A stretch of 64,000 bases of DNA from Candidatus Methanosuratincola verstraetei (GCA_049570475.1 CP186953.1:672001-736000), one strand, 5' to 3'. Positions 20,273-30,364 are shown, counted from the first letter of the stretch. Notes: a model not told the origin generated them from the letters alone. Made by a program: numbers and translations.

Positions 20273-21409
20273 GTGCGGATTTTGCTTAACAGGGCTAAGG
20301 GAGTGCTGGTCCTGGAGGACGGCACGGTCTTCTACGGGAGGTCTTTTGGAGCCAGCAAGAGGGTGCTTGGGGAAGTTGTCTTCTCCACGTCGATGGTGGG
20401 GTATCCGGAGTCGCTGACAGACCCGTCCTACAACGGGCAGATCCTGACGCTCACCTACCCGATTGTCGGGAACTATGGTGTCCCAGCGTGCAGCGCCGGG
20501 CAGATCCCCGACTGTTTCGAGTCCGACGGGATAAAGGCAGAGGGGCTAATCATCCATGACCTCTGCGACGAGCCAAGCCACTGGACCAGCGGCAGGACCC
20601 TCGACGAGTGGCTGAAGGATGAAGGGATCCCAGGGATATACGGGATAGACACCAGGAAGCTCACGAAGAGGCTGAGGGAGAGGGGCGTGATGAAGGGGGC
20701 AATCCAAACCCTCGCGGAGGGGGAGGAGCCGGACATAGAGGGGATATTCGCCGAGCTCGCCAAGTTCGACATAGAGACGAAGAACCTGGTGGAGGAGGTC
20801 TCGGTCAAGAGGGCGCTGGTTTACGAGGGCCCCGGGCCGACAGTTGTTCTGATTGACTGCGGCGTGAAGCTTAACATCGTAAGGAACCTGCTCAGGAGGG
20901 GGGTCAGGCTGGTCAGGGTCCCATTCAACACGGGCTTAGAGGAGGTCCTCAGCTATGATCCCGACGGGGTTTTCCTCAGCAACGGCCCTGGGAACCCCAA
21001 GGTCTGCGCCGAGACGATAAAGTGCGCGAGGGGGCTGCTGGAAACCGACTTGCCCGTGATGGGGATCTGCCTAGGGAACCAGATACTCGCGTTAGCCTCG
21101 GGCGGGGAGACGTACAAGCTGAAGTACGGGCACAGGGCGCAGAACCAGCCCGTTATAGATCTGAAGACAGGAAAGGGGTACATCACGACGCAGAACCACG
21201 GCTATGCCGTCGACGAGGAATCGATCGCCAGGACGCCGTTCAAGACCTGCTTCATAAACGCGAACGACAGGACTGTCGAGGGGATATACCACCCGGAGAA
21301 GGAAGTCTTCGCGGTGCAGTGGCACCCGGAGGCTTCGCCCGGACCTTACGACACGGAGTTCCTTTTCGACAAGTTCATTGAGGCTGTGAGGGGGTACAGA
21401 AGTGCCTAA
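20273..21409 (+). CDS. carA: Carbamoyl-phosphate synthase small subunit
   Basis: TDPSYNGQ, SNGPGNP, catalytic GICLG and QWHPEASPGP. Confidence 0.97.
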   Translation: MRILLNRAKGVLVLEDGTVFYGRSFGASKRVLGEVVFSTSMVGYPESLTDPSYNGQILTLTYPIVGNYGVPACSAGQIPDCFESDGIKAEGLIIHDLCDEPSHWTSGRTLDEWLKDEGIPGIYGIDTRKLTKRLRERGVMKGAIQTLAEGEEPDIEGIFAELAKFDIETKNLVEEVSVKRALVYEGPGPTVVLIDCGVKLNIVRNLLRRGVRLVRVPFNTGLEEVLSYDPDGVFLSNGPGNPKVCAETIKCARGLLETDLPVMGICLGNQILALASGGETYKLKYGHRAQNQPVIDLKTGKGYITTQNHGYAVDEESIARTPFKTCFINANDRTVEGIYHPEKEVFAVQWHPEASPGPYDTEFLFDKFIEAVRGYRSA

Positions 21410-24400
21410 GTTCCCGTGGCTCAAGAAGGTCCTGATACTCGGAAGCGGAGCGATCAAGATCGGGGAGGCTGCGGAGTTCGACTACTCCGGGAGCCAGTGC
21501 ATCAAGGCCCTGCGCGAGGAGGGGATAGAGACCGTACTGGTCAACCCCAACATAGCGACCATACAGACGGACCCGAGGCTTGCGGGCAAGGTTTACCTCC
21601 TCCCAGTGACGCCGAAGTACGTGGAGATGGTGATCGAGAGGGAGAGGCCGGACGGGATACTGCTCGGGTTCGGCGGGCAGACCGCCCTCAACTGCGGGGT
21701 CCAGCTCGCGAAGAAGGGGGTGCTCCAGAAGTACGGGGTCAAGGTGCTCGGGACTTCGATCGAGTCGATAGAGACCACCAGCGACCGGGAGAGGTTCAAG
21801 CAGACAATGCTGGGCGCCGGCGTGAAGGTCCCGAGGAGCGGCGCCGCGAACTCGATATCGGGCGCAATAGCGCTGGCAAGGGAGATAGGGTACCCGGTGA
21901 TAGTCAGGGTAGCATACACGCTGGGCGGGAAGGGATCAGGCGTCGCCTACGACGAGAAGGACCTCGTCGAAATAGCCGAGCGCGGTCTTGCCCAGAGCAT
22001 GATCAAGCAGATCCTCGTGGAGGAGTACCTCAAGAACTGGAAAGAGGTCGAGTACGAGGTTGTGAGGGACTATGCGGACAACTGCATAACGGTCTGCAAC
22101 ATAGAGAACGTCGACCCGCTCGGGGTCCACACAGGGGACTCGATCGTCGTCGCCCCGTCGCAGACGCTGACGAACTACGACTACCACACGCTCAGGACGG
22201 CCTCGATCAAGGCGATACGGGCGCTGGGCATAATAGGCGAGTGCAACATCCAGTGGGCGCTCGATCCGAAGAGCAACGACTTCAGGGTGATCGAGGTCAA
22301 CTCGAGGCTCTCAAGGAGCTCGGCGCTCGCGAGCAAGGCGACAGGTTACCCCCTCGCATACATTGCGGCGAAGCTCGCGATAGGGTACAACCTGCCCGAG
22401 CTAATGAACAAGGTCACTGGGGTCACCACGGCATGCTTCGAGCCGGCGCTGGACTATGTCATCGTGAAGTACCCCAGGTGGGACTTCCAGAAGTTCAGGA
22501 ACGTCGACCCGCACCTTGGTCCGCAGATGAAGTCCGTCGGGGAGGTGATGGCGATAGGCAGGTGCTTCGAGGAGGCCCTGCAGAAGGCAATAAGGATGCT
22601 GGACATCGGCAAGAACGGGCTCGTCTGCAACCCGAGCGAGCCGGAGGGGGACCTCCAGCATGAGCTCTCGCACCCGACGGACAAGAGGCTCTTCTTCGTC
22701 GTCAAGGCTCTGAGAGAGGGCATGTCGATTGAGGAGATCTACAGGCTCTCGGGCATAGACCCCTGGTTCCTGAGCAAGATCAAGAAGATAATAGAGATGG
22801 AGGGCGAGCTCCGAAAGGCGAAGCTGGAGGGCGGATGGGTGGAGCTCATCAGGGAGGCTAAGAGGCTCGGGTTCTCCGACGTCCAGATCGCAATCTGCAC
22901 AGGAACCACCGAGGGAGAGGTGAGGGCCTTCAGGAAGGCCAACGGGATAGTCCCGGTCGTTAAGCAGATCGACACCATGGCTGCGGAGTGGCCGGCAAAG
23001 ACGAACTACCTCTACGTCACGTATGGCGGTGATGAGGACGACATCGACTTCGGGGACAAGAAGAAGGCGATGGTCCTTGGCGCAGGTGTCTTCAGGATAG
23101 GGACGAGCGTCGAGTTCGACTGGTGCGGAGTGAACGCCGCATGGGGGCTGAAGAAGGAGGGGATAGAGGAGACGATAATAATAAACAACAACCCGGAGAC
23201 GGTCTCCACGGACTACGACATCCCGGACAAGCTGTACTTCGAGGAGCTCACGTTCGAGAGGGTCATGGACATCGAGGACAAGGAGAGGGTTCATGGCGTC
23301 GTGCTTAGCGTCGGCGGGCAGACTCCGAACAACCTCGCCCTGAGGCTGTCCAAGGCAGGGATGAGGCTGCTCGGGAGCTCGGCAGAGAGCATCGACATGG
23401 CAGAGGACAGGTCCAAGTTCAGCGACCTACTTGGCAGGCTGGGAATACCGCAGCCCAGGTGGAAGGCGCTTACCAGCATGGAGGAGGCGAAGGAATTCGC
23501 AAGGGAGATCGGGTTCCCTGTCATCGTCAGGCCGAGCTACGTCCTCTCCGGGGCGGGGATGCGGGTGATATACAACGAGGAGGGGCTCGACGAGCTGCGA
23601 AATGCGATAGCCCTCTCAAAGGAGCACCCGATGGTGATGTCCAAGTTCCTGCAGGCGGCGAGGGAGGTGGACGTCGACGGGGTCTCGGACGGCGAGGACG
23701 TCTACATAGGAGGGATTCTGGAGCACCTCGAGTCCGCTGGGATACACAGCGGGGACGCGATCATGTGCATACCCCCCAGGTCGCTTAGCGAGGAGGTGAT
23801 CAGGAAGGTCAGGGACTACACCGAGAGGATCGCCAGGGGCCTAAGGATAGTCGGCCCATTCAACGTCCAGTACATCGTGAAGGAGGAGGAGGTCTATGTC
23901 ATCGAGTGCAACCTTAGGGCTTCGAGGACTTTCCCGTTCGTCAGCAAGACAATAGGCGTGAACATGATGGACGTCGCCTGCGCGGTCATGACGGGCAAGA
24001 GGATCAAGGACATCGGGATCCCGCCCCCGGGCGAGCTCCCCCACTTCGGGGTGAAGGTCCCCGTATTCAGCTTCATGAGGCTCACCGGCGCGGACCTGCT
24101 GCTCGGCGTGGAGATGCTCAGCACGGGCGAGGTGGCGTGCATCGGGGAGAACTTCACAGACGCCCTCATGAAGTCGCTCGAGGCTGCCGAGATAAGGATT
24201 CCGGATCCGGGATCCTCGGTCCTGGTCACTGTCGGGAACGGCGGGAAGAAGACGGTCATCATCCCGTTCATTTGGGCGCTGAAGAAGGACGGGTTCAAGA
24301 TTTACGCGACTGAGAAGACTTCGAAGGCGTTGGAGGAGGCGAACCTGAAGGACGTCGTGACCCTCAACAAGATAAGGGAGGCTGAAAAGAAGCCGAACAT

Positions 24401-24644
24401 CTCGGACGAGATAGCCTCCGGGAACATCGACCTCGTGATCAATATCCCGGTCGAGGAGTCGAAGGAAGAGATGGAGGACGAGTACCTGATCAGGAGGATG
24501 GCGGTCGAGTTCAATGTCCCGGTGATGACGACGCTGGAGCTCGTTGCAGCGCTGGTCGCTGTGATAAAGTACAGGCACGCAAACCCGCTGACGGTCAAGT
24601 CTCTCAATGAGTACATGGACGCGCTACCCTGGAAGAGATGGTGA
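21402..24644 (+). CDS. carB: Carbamoyl-phosphate synthase large subunit
   Basis: AAEFDYSG, GVHTGDS, SRSSALASKATGYP, a second ATP-grasp half and an MGS domain; 1080 aa. Confidence 0.98.
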   Translation: MPKFPWLKKVLILGSGAIKIGEAAEFDYSGSQCIKALREEGIETVLVNPNIATIQTDPRLAGKVYLLPVTPKYVEMVIERERPDGILLGFGGQTALNCGVQLAKKGVLQKYGVKVLGTSIESIETTSDRERFKQTMLGAGVKVPRSGAANSISGAIALAREIGYPVIVRVAYTLGGKGSGVAYDEKDLVEIAERGLAQSMIKQILVEEYLKNWKEVEYEVVRDYADNCITVCNIENVDPLGVHTGDSIVVAPSQTLTNYDYHTLRTASIKAIRALGIIGECNIQWALDPKSNDFRVIEVNSRLSRSSALASKATGYPLAYIAAKLAIGYNLPELMNKVTGVTTACFEPALDYVIVKYPRWDFQKFRNVDPHLGPQMKSVGEVMAIGRCFEEALQKAIRMLDIGKNGLVCNPSEPEGDLQHELSHPTDKRLFFVVKALREGMSIEEIYRLSGIDPWFLSKIKKIIEMEGELRKAKLEGGWVELIREAKRLGFSDVQIAICTGTTEGEVRAFRKANGIVPVVKQIDTMAAEWPAKTNYLYVTYGGDEDDIDFGDKKKAMVLGAGVFRIGTSVEFDWCGVNAAWGLKKEGIEETIIINNNPETVSTDYDIPDKLYFEELTFERVMDIEDKERVHGVVLSVGGQTPNNLALRLSKAGMRLLGSSAESIDMAEDRSKFSDLLGRLGIPQPRWKALTSMEEAKEFAREIGFPVIVRPSYVLSGAGMRVIYNEEGLDELRNAIALSKEHPMVMSKFLQAAREVDVDGVSDGEDVYIGGILEHLESAGIHSGDAIMCIPPRSLSEEVIRKVRDYTERIARGLRIVGPFNVQYIVKEEEVYVIECNLRASRTFPFVSKTIGVNMMDVACAVMTGKRIKDIGIPPPGELPHFGVKVPVFSFMRLTGADLLLGVEMLSTGEVACIGENFTDALMKSLEAAEIRIPDPGSSVLVTVGNGGKKTVIIPFIWALKKDGFKIYATEKTSKALEEANLKDVVTLNKIREAEKKPNISDEIASGNIDLVINIPVEESKEEMEDEYLIRRMAVEFNVPVMTTLELVAALVAVIKYRHANPLTVKSLNEYMDALPWKRW

Positions 24645-24742
24645 GCCGGCCGATCCCCACACTTTTTCCACCATCGATCCGCAGCGGGAGGTGTTTTATA
24701 CTTGGACGGAGAATCCTTCCATATTGAAGGCGGTGTCGCAGG

Positions 24743-25399
24743 ATGCCGAGATCGCACCCCGAGGTCGTCGAGGCGGCAGCGCTCTTTTCCGGAAAGGACT
24801 CGATGTTCGCGATCCTGCAGGCCGAAAGGATCGGCCTCCGCGTGAGGGAGCTAATATCAATGGTCACGACATTCGGGCAGCCCTCGCCACATATGGAGAA
24901 CCTCAGGGCGCTCGAGAAGGCTGCAAAAAGCATGAGCAAAAGGCTGAGGATCGTGGACCTCCGCGAGGGGGAAGGGATGCTGGTTGGCGCCCTCAAGGAT
25001 TCGGGCGCGAACGCACTAGTCGCCGGCGATGTCTTTGTGGAGGACCATGTGAAGTGGCTCGAGGGGGTCTGCAGGAGGGCGGGAATGGGTGTCGTGGAGC
25101 CGCTTTACGGGATGAGCACGAAAAGCGCACTTGAAGAAATGCTCAATGAAGGCTTCGTCGTCAAGATAATAGGCGTTGACACTAGGCTTCTCGGGGAGGA
25201 GTGGCTTGGATTCACGCTTTCTAGAGAAAATCTTGGCGATTTTCTCGGGGGGATTGGGAATGCGGACCCGCTTGGAGAGAACGGGGAATACCACACGCTG
25301 GTCCTAGACTGCCCGTTGTACTCCAAGCGGCTGGAGGTGCGTTCGTCCACAGTGCTGCAGGCAGGGAGCCTGAAGTACCTGAAGGTCGAGGTCGCTTGA
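24743..25399 (+). CDS. Diphthine-ammonia ligase-like PP-loop ATPase (Dph6/MJ0570 family)
   Basis: LFSGKDS, ALVAGD and DPLGENGEYHTLVLDCP. Confidence 0.8.
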   Translation: MPRSHPEVVEAAALFSGKDSMFAILQAERIGLRVRELISMVTTFGQPSPHMENLRALEKAAKSMSKRLRIVDLREGEGMLVGALKDSGANALVAGDVFVEDHVKWLEGVCRRAGMGVVEPLYGMSTKSALEEMLNEGFVVKIIGVDTRLLGEEWLGFTLSRENLGDFLGGIGNADPLGENGEYHTLVLDCPLYSKRLEVRSSTVLQAGSLKYLKVEVA

Positions 25400-25613
25400 T
25401 TGGCTGGGCGGAGTTCAGAGGATAAAAAAGGGGACCGCAGAAAGATGCAACTGGGCATAGACGGTTGCTTTAGCCTGAATCAGAAATCATAAGGGCTTGG
25501 CAGAGGTGTTGTTGGCGCAAGGCAGAGAAGGCGCATTGTCCGATGGCGTGGAAGGCATTTGCCTGATCCGGAAGTCCCTCTGGATGCGCGGCAAGAGGTC
25601 AAGCGGATTTGCC

Positions 25614-25760
25614 CAAAAAGCTTAATACCCATTCGAACTAGGATAACCTTACAAAACGGTGGTTAAAGTGAGCCAATTCCAATATCTATAACGCGACTGG
25701 TCCCTTCTTGTTCCGACCAGTCGGTGCTCTCAGGTCCTGAGAGACTGAATCCAGTTTTTG
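25614..25760 (+). promoter_or_regulatory. Putative aro-operon promoter and structured leader with 7-codon mini-ORF (25668-25691, MSQFQYL)
   Basis: BRE/TATA-like CAAAAAGCTTAATA; GGTGG RBS then GTG AGC CAA TTC CAA TAT CTA TAA; hairpins and a T5 tract downstream. Confidence 0.55.
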
Positions 25761-25860
25761 AGACGAGCCAAGAAAAAGCAAAGAGAATGGAAAAGGCATC
25801 AGCCCGCAGGCACATAGCAGGCATCGCATTGGACCGCCCTGATCTTGGGGTGATTACACT

Positions 25861-26718
25861 ATGAGCAGCACCGTGGAGCTAGCCGACCTGAAGCACGCTA
25901 CAGACGTCCAGAAGGTGAAGGAGAGGATAAGGAATGTCCAGCGCATGCTCGTCGAGATGACCTCGTCGATGGGGGTGCACCTCGGATCCTCACTTTCTTG
26001 CCTCGAGATCATAGCCACGCTCTACTTCCTGAAGATGCGGCACACCCCCCATAGGCCGCAGTGGAAAGAGAGGGACAGGTTCATACTCAGCAAGGGGCAT
26101 GCAGCCCCGGTGCTATACGCAGTCCTGGCAGAGGCGGGGTACTTCCCGAAGGAGGAGCTCCGCACGCTCAAGCGCATCGACTCGCGGCTCCAAGGGCACC
26201 CCGACCTGAAGACTCCAGGGGTCGACGCCCCCTCGGGCTCGCTTGGCCAGGGGATCTCGATAGGCATCGGGATGGCAGTTGCGGCGAAGATGCGCGGGAG
26301 CAGGAGCAGGGTTTATGTACTCGCAGGCGACGGCGAATGCGACGAGGGGCAGGTCTGGGAATCCCTCATGACGGCTGCGCACCTGAGGCTTGGCAACCTG
26401 GTCCTGATAATAGACAGGAACGGCTGGCAGCTCGACGACAGGACGGAGGAGGTGAAGAGGAAGGTGCCGCTCAGGAGCAAGCTAGAGAGCTTCGGGTGGG
26501 AGACCTACTCGATAAACGGCCACGACGTGGAGAAGATAGTCGAGGTCCTGGACGCCGCTGAGAGGGCGGAGCAGCCAGTTGCGATAATAGCACACACAAA
26601 GAAGGGCAAGGGGATCTCCTTCCTCGAGGACTCGAACAAGGGGCACAAGCTCAAGCTGAGCGAGGAGGAGTATCTCGCAGCGATCAAGGAGCTGGAGATG
26701 AAGGCAAAGTGCGCGTAG
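25861..26718 (+). CDS. Transketolase N-terminal (ThDP-binding) subunit
   Basis: RDRFILSKGHA, LQGHP, GSLGQG and GDGECDEG...N. Confidence 0.95.
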   Translation: MSSTVELADLKHATDVQKVKERIRNVQRMLVEMTSSMGVHLGSSLSCLEIIATLYFLKMRHTPHRPQWKERDRFILSKGHAAPVLYAVLAEAGYFPKEELRTLKRIDSRLQGHPDLKTPGVDAPSGSLGQGISIGIGMAVAAKMRGSRSRVYVLAGDGECDEGQVWESLMTAAHLRLGNLVLIIDRNGWQLDDRTEEVKRKVPLRSKLESFGWETYSINGHDVEKIVEVLDAAERAEQPVAIIAHTKKGKGISFLEDSNKGHKLKLSEEEYLAAIKELEMKAKCA

Positions 26719-27620
26719 CTTTCGGGGAGGGGCTGATTGAGATCGGCGGCGAGAACGAGGACCTGGTCGTGCTGACGGCGGACGTCGCGAAGCCCACCCA
26801 TGTGATCGGATTCGGGGAGCGCTTCCCCCACAGGTTCCTGAACGTCGGGATAGCGGAGCAAGACATGGTCGACGTCGCGGCAGGGCTGGCTCTCAGCGAG
26901 AAGGTGCCCGTCGCAGTAGCGTTCGCGCCGTTCATGATGAGGGCATGGGAGCAGGTCAGGAGCACGATCTCGAGGTGCAGCCTGAACGTGAAGCTCGTGG
27001 GCACCCACGCCGGGCTCTCGGCATCGGACGAGGGCGCGTCCCACCAGTCGCTGGAAGATGTGGCGCTGATGCGGGTGCTCCCCAATATGACCGTGGTCGT
27101 GCCCGGGGACAGGGAGGAGGTCAAGGAGGCCACGCGCGCGATAGTTGAGAGCAGGGGGCCCGCGTACATGAGGATAGGGAGGGACGAGGACGCCAGGTTC
27201 CTTGAAGAGGGGTTCAGGCTCGGGAGGGCTGCAGTGCTCAGGGACGGGAGCGATGTTGTCGTCTTCTCCAACGGATACCTCACTTCGGAGGTGCTCAAGG
27301 CGGCGGAAGGGGCTCCCGTGGACGCGATGGTAGTACACGTACCGACCGTGAAGCCCCTGGACGCTGGGGCGGTGGTATCCGCGGCGAGGAGGGCTGGGGC
27401 GGTCATCTGCGTCGAGGAGCATAGCGTAATCGGAGGGCTGGGCAGCGCGGTCTCCGAGCTGCTCTCGGCAGAGTGCCCCGTCTACGTGAGGAGGATGGGC
27501 GTCGGAGATACGTTCGGTGAGTCCGGCACATACAGGGAGCTGCTGGAGAAGCACCGCCTCACTGCACCTCACATCAGGGAGGCGATGGTCAAGGCTGCCG
27601 GGAGGAGGGGGAAGAGATGA
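26709..27620 (+). CDS. Transketolase C-terminal subunit
   Basis: NVGIAEQ, GASHQSLED and EEHSVIGGLGS. Confidence 0.95.
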   Translation: MRVAFGEGLIEIGGENEDLVVLTADVAKPTHVIGFGERFPHRFLNVGIAEQDMVDVAAGLALSEKVPVAVAFAPFMMRAWEQVRSTISRCSLNVKLVGTHAGLSASDEGASHQSLEDVALMRVLPNMTVVVPGDREEVKEATRAIVESRGPAYMRIGRDEDARFLEEGFRLGRAAVLRDGSDVVVFSNGYLTSEVLKAAEGAPVDAMVVHVPTVKPLDAGAVVSAARRAGAVICVEEHSVIGGLGSAVSELLSAECPVYVRRMGVGDTFGESGTYRELLEKHRLTAPHIREAMVKAAGRRGKR

Positions 27621-28597
27621 TCATCGTACTTGAGGAGGAATCGAGACACCTGGAGGAGGTGCTCGGCGGGAGGTTCCGGAAGGTCAGGCACGGGGGCAAG
27701 GTCGCCTATGTCTCGGTCAGGCAGGTCCCGAGGGAAACCCTGGACAGGCTGCACAACGCAAGGATCGTTGACACGGGGAAGCCTTACCAGCTGGCGAGCA
27801 GGAGCTTTGTGGAGGATGGCACCAGGGTCAGGATCGGGGAGGCGGAGTTCGGAGGAAAGGGGATCCAAGTATGCGCAGGCCCATGCGCGGTCGAGAGCAG
27901 GGCCCAGCTGCTCGAGGCGGCTGAGGCAGTAAAGACTGCAGGCGCGTCCGTCCTTAGGGGGGGCGCGTTCAAGCCCAGGACCTCGCCGTACTCCTTCCAG
28001 GGGCTGGGCGAGGAGGGCTTGAGGATCCTGAGGGAGGTCTCGGACGAGGTCGGCATACCAGTCGTAACCGAGGCCACATCCCCTGAGCAGGTCCCTGTTG
28101 TGGCAGAGTACGCCGATGCCATACAGATCGGCGCCAGGAACATGCAGAACTTCGAGCTACTAAAGGCGGCTGGCAGATCCGGGAGACCGGTGCTGCTGAA
28201 GAGGGGGGCATCCGCCACCATCGAGGAGTGGATGCTCGCTGCCGAGTATGTGCTGCTCGAGGGAAATTGGAGCGTGATCCTTTGCGAGAGGGGGATCAGG
28301 AGCTTTGACGGCGCGACGCGGAATGTCTTCGACGTCGCCGGGATGGCTTTGGCGAAGGCGCTCACCCACCTGCCCGTCATCGCCGACCCGAGCCATGCAA
28401 CAGGGAGGAAAGACCTGGTCATGCCGGCTGCGATGGCTGCGGTTGCCGCAGGCGCGGACGGGCTCATCGTGGAGGTCCACCCAAGGCCGGATGAGGCGCT
28501 CAGCGACGGGCCTCAGTCCCTCGATCCGATCGGGTTCAGGAAGATGATGTCCGAGGTCGCGAAGGTCGCAAATGCAATCGGCAGGGGTCTGCGTTGA
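27617..28597 (+). CDS. aroF: DAHP synthase, class I-beta
   Basis: AGPCAVES, GGAFKPRTSPYSFQG, QIGARNMQNF and DPSH. Confidence 0.95.
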   Translation: MIIVLEEESRHLEEVLGGRFRKVRHGGKVAYVSVRQVPRETLDRLHNARIVDTGKPYQLASRSFVEDGTRVRIGEAEFGGKGIQVCAGPCAVESRAQLLEAAEAVKTAGASVLRGGAFKPRTSPYSFQGLGEEGLRILREVSDEVGIPVVTEATSPEQVPVVAEYADAIQIGARNMQNFELLKAAGRSGRPVLLKRGASATIEEWMLAAEYVLLEGNWSVILCERGIRSFDGATRNVFDVAGMALAKALTHLPVIADPSHATGRKDLVMPAAMAAVAAGADGLIVEVHPRPDEALSDGPQSLDPIGFRKMMSEVAKVANAIGRGLR

Positions 28598-29682
28598 GGC
28601 AAATTTCGGTCGGGTCAAGGGGTCGTGGCTGCAGAGTCCTGATTGGAGCAGGCCTCCTGAGCAGAGTGGGGGAGAGCCTCAGGCCCTTGGTCGGTGGCGG
28701 GAAGGCGGTGGTCGTGACGGTCCCCCCTGTCAGGGAGCTTTACCTGCAGATCGTATTGGACAGCATGGAGGATGCAGGGGTCGAACCCCTTGTGTTGGCC
28801 GTCCCCGACGGCGAGGATGCCAAGACGCCCAGGGCTTACCTCGATGTCGTGGGCAGTATGCTGGACGCTGGCGCGGGCAGGGACGCGCTGGTGGTCTCAC
28901 TCGGAGGGGGGTGCGTGGGCGACCTCGCCGGTTTCGTGGCTTCGACGTATATGCGCGGGGTCAGGCTGGTTCACATCCCGACCACTCTGCTCGCGCAGGT
29001 GGACAGCAGCATAGGCGGCAAGAGTGCGCTCAACCACCCGAGGGCTAAGAACCTCATAGGCAGCTTCCACCAGCCGGAGCTCGTGATCGCCGACACGATG
29101 GTGCTGAGGACGCTCCCGACGAAGGAAGTCCGCTGCGGGCTGGCAGAGGTGCTCAAGTACGGCGCCATACTCGACAGCGAATTGTTCGGGATCCTAGAGG
29201 GGAAAGCCGAAGAGGTGCTCGGGCTCAACGAAGTGGTCCTGGAGGATGTGGTCTGTCGATCGGCAGAGATCAAGGCAAGGGTCGTGGCTGCGGACGAGAT
29301 GGACAGGGGCGAGAGGATGCTACTCAACTTCGGGCACACGGTCGGCCATGCCATAGAGGCGGCGACGGGCTACTCCGGGTACAGCCACGGGGAGGCGGTC
29401 GCAATAGGCATGGCGGCAGAGTCCAGGATCGCAACCAGGCTGGGCATGATAGGCGATGGCGAGGCGGAAAGGATTGTAAAGCTTGCGACACGGCTCGGTC
29501 TCCCGACTAGGGCGAGGGGTGTCGCAGCCGATGAGCTGATATGGCTCATGCACGGCGACAAGAAGGCGCAGGGCGGGCGGCTGAGGTTCGCACTCCCGGA
29601 CGCGATCGGGTCAGGATCGGTGGTCGAGGTGACGGACACGGGATTGATCGCTGAGGCGATCTCGGGGGTGCTTGGAGATTAG
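28594..29682 (+). CDS. aroB: 3-dehydroquinate synthase
   Basis: GGGCVGDLAGF, PTTLLAQVDSSIGGK, LNFGHTVGHA and HGEAV. Confidence 0.96.
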   Translation: MRQISVGSRGRGCRVLIGAGLLSRVGESLRPLVGGGKAVVVTVPPVRELYLQIVLDSMEDAGVEPLVLAVPDGEDAKTPRAYLDVVGSMLDAGAGRDALVVSLGGGCVGDLAGFVASTYMRGVRLVHIPTTLLAQVDSSIGGKSALNHPRAKNLIGSFHQPELVIADTMVLRTLPTKEVRCGLAEVLKYGAILDSELFGILEGKAEEVLGLNEVVLEDVVCRSAEIKARVVAADEMDRGERMLLNFGHTVGHAIEAATGYSGYSHGEAVAIGMAAESRIATRLGMIGDGEAERIVKLATRLGLPTRARGVAADELIWLMHGDKKAQGGRLRFALPDAIGSGSVVEVTDTGLIAEAISGVLGD

Positions 29683-30364
29683 GGGCAGGGCTTACAGGAT
29701 ATGCGCATCGGTCACGGGCAAGGACGAGCAGGCGATCGCAAGGGCAGCCCTGGCAGCGGAGGAGCTGGGCGTCGACTTGGTGGAGCTGAGGCTCGACTCG
29801 GTGGAGGGCCTCGACCGGGAGAAGGTCAGGTCGGTATTCAGGATGACCGCGGGGCTCGGCGTGCCCAGGATCGCCACGGTGATGCCGAGCAGCATATTCG
29901 GGCGGTTTTCAGGGAGGCCGAAGGAGAGAGCGGAGCTGCTGTTAGAGGCTGCAAGCCACGCCGATTATGTCGATCTCGGGGCCGAGATCCTGGGCGAAGT
30001 TGACTGGCTCCTGGAGAGGGTCTCACGGAGGTCAAAGGTGATACTCTCCTGGCATGCCAACCGAATGCTCACAGTGCAGGAGATGAAGGAATTCGCCAGG
30101 TCCAGGCAGGGGTGCAGCGTCTACAAGATCGCGATGCCCGCCAGGAGCGTGGCGGACAACCTGGTTGCATTGGAGGGGTGCCTGGCTTTGGAAGGGGTCA
30201 AGAGGGTCGTCTTCTGCTACGGCAGGGATGGGGTGCCTTCGAGGGTGCTCTCGCCGCTCTTCGGGGCGGAGTGGGCATACGCGGCGCTGAGGAAGGGCGA
30301 GGAGACCGCGCCCGGGCAGGTCGACGTGGAGACGCTCAAGAGGATCAGGGAGGCCTTTGCGTGA
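29672..30364 (+). CDS. aroD: Type I 3-dehydroquinate dehydratase
   Basis: VELRLD, ILSWH, YKIA and TAPGQ. Confidence 0.9.
   Translation: MEIRGRAYRICASVTGKDEQAIARAALAAEELGVDLVELRLDSVEGLDREKVRSVFRMTAGLGVPRIATVMPSSIFGRFSGRPKERAELLLEAASHADYVDLGAEILGEVDWLLERVSRRSKVILSWHANRMLTVQEMKEFARSRQGCSVYKIAMPARSVADNLVALEGCLALEGVKRVVFCYGRDGVPSRVLSPLFGAEWAYAALRKGEETAPGQVDVETLKRIREAFA

Noticed and set aside
21416-22663. Long alternative-frame ORF inside carB (similar ones at 4798-5778, 26505-27572 and 50455-51312)
   Set aside because: Expected from GC-rich codon bias; no motifs and biased composition.
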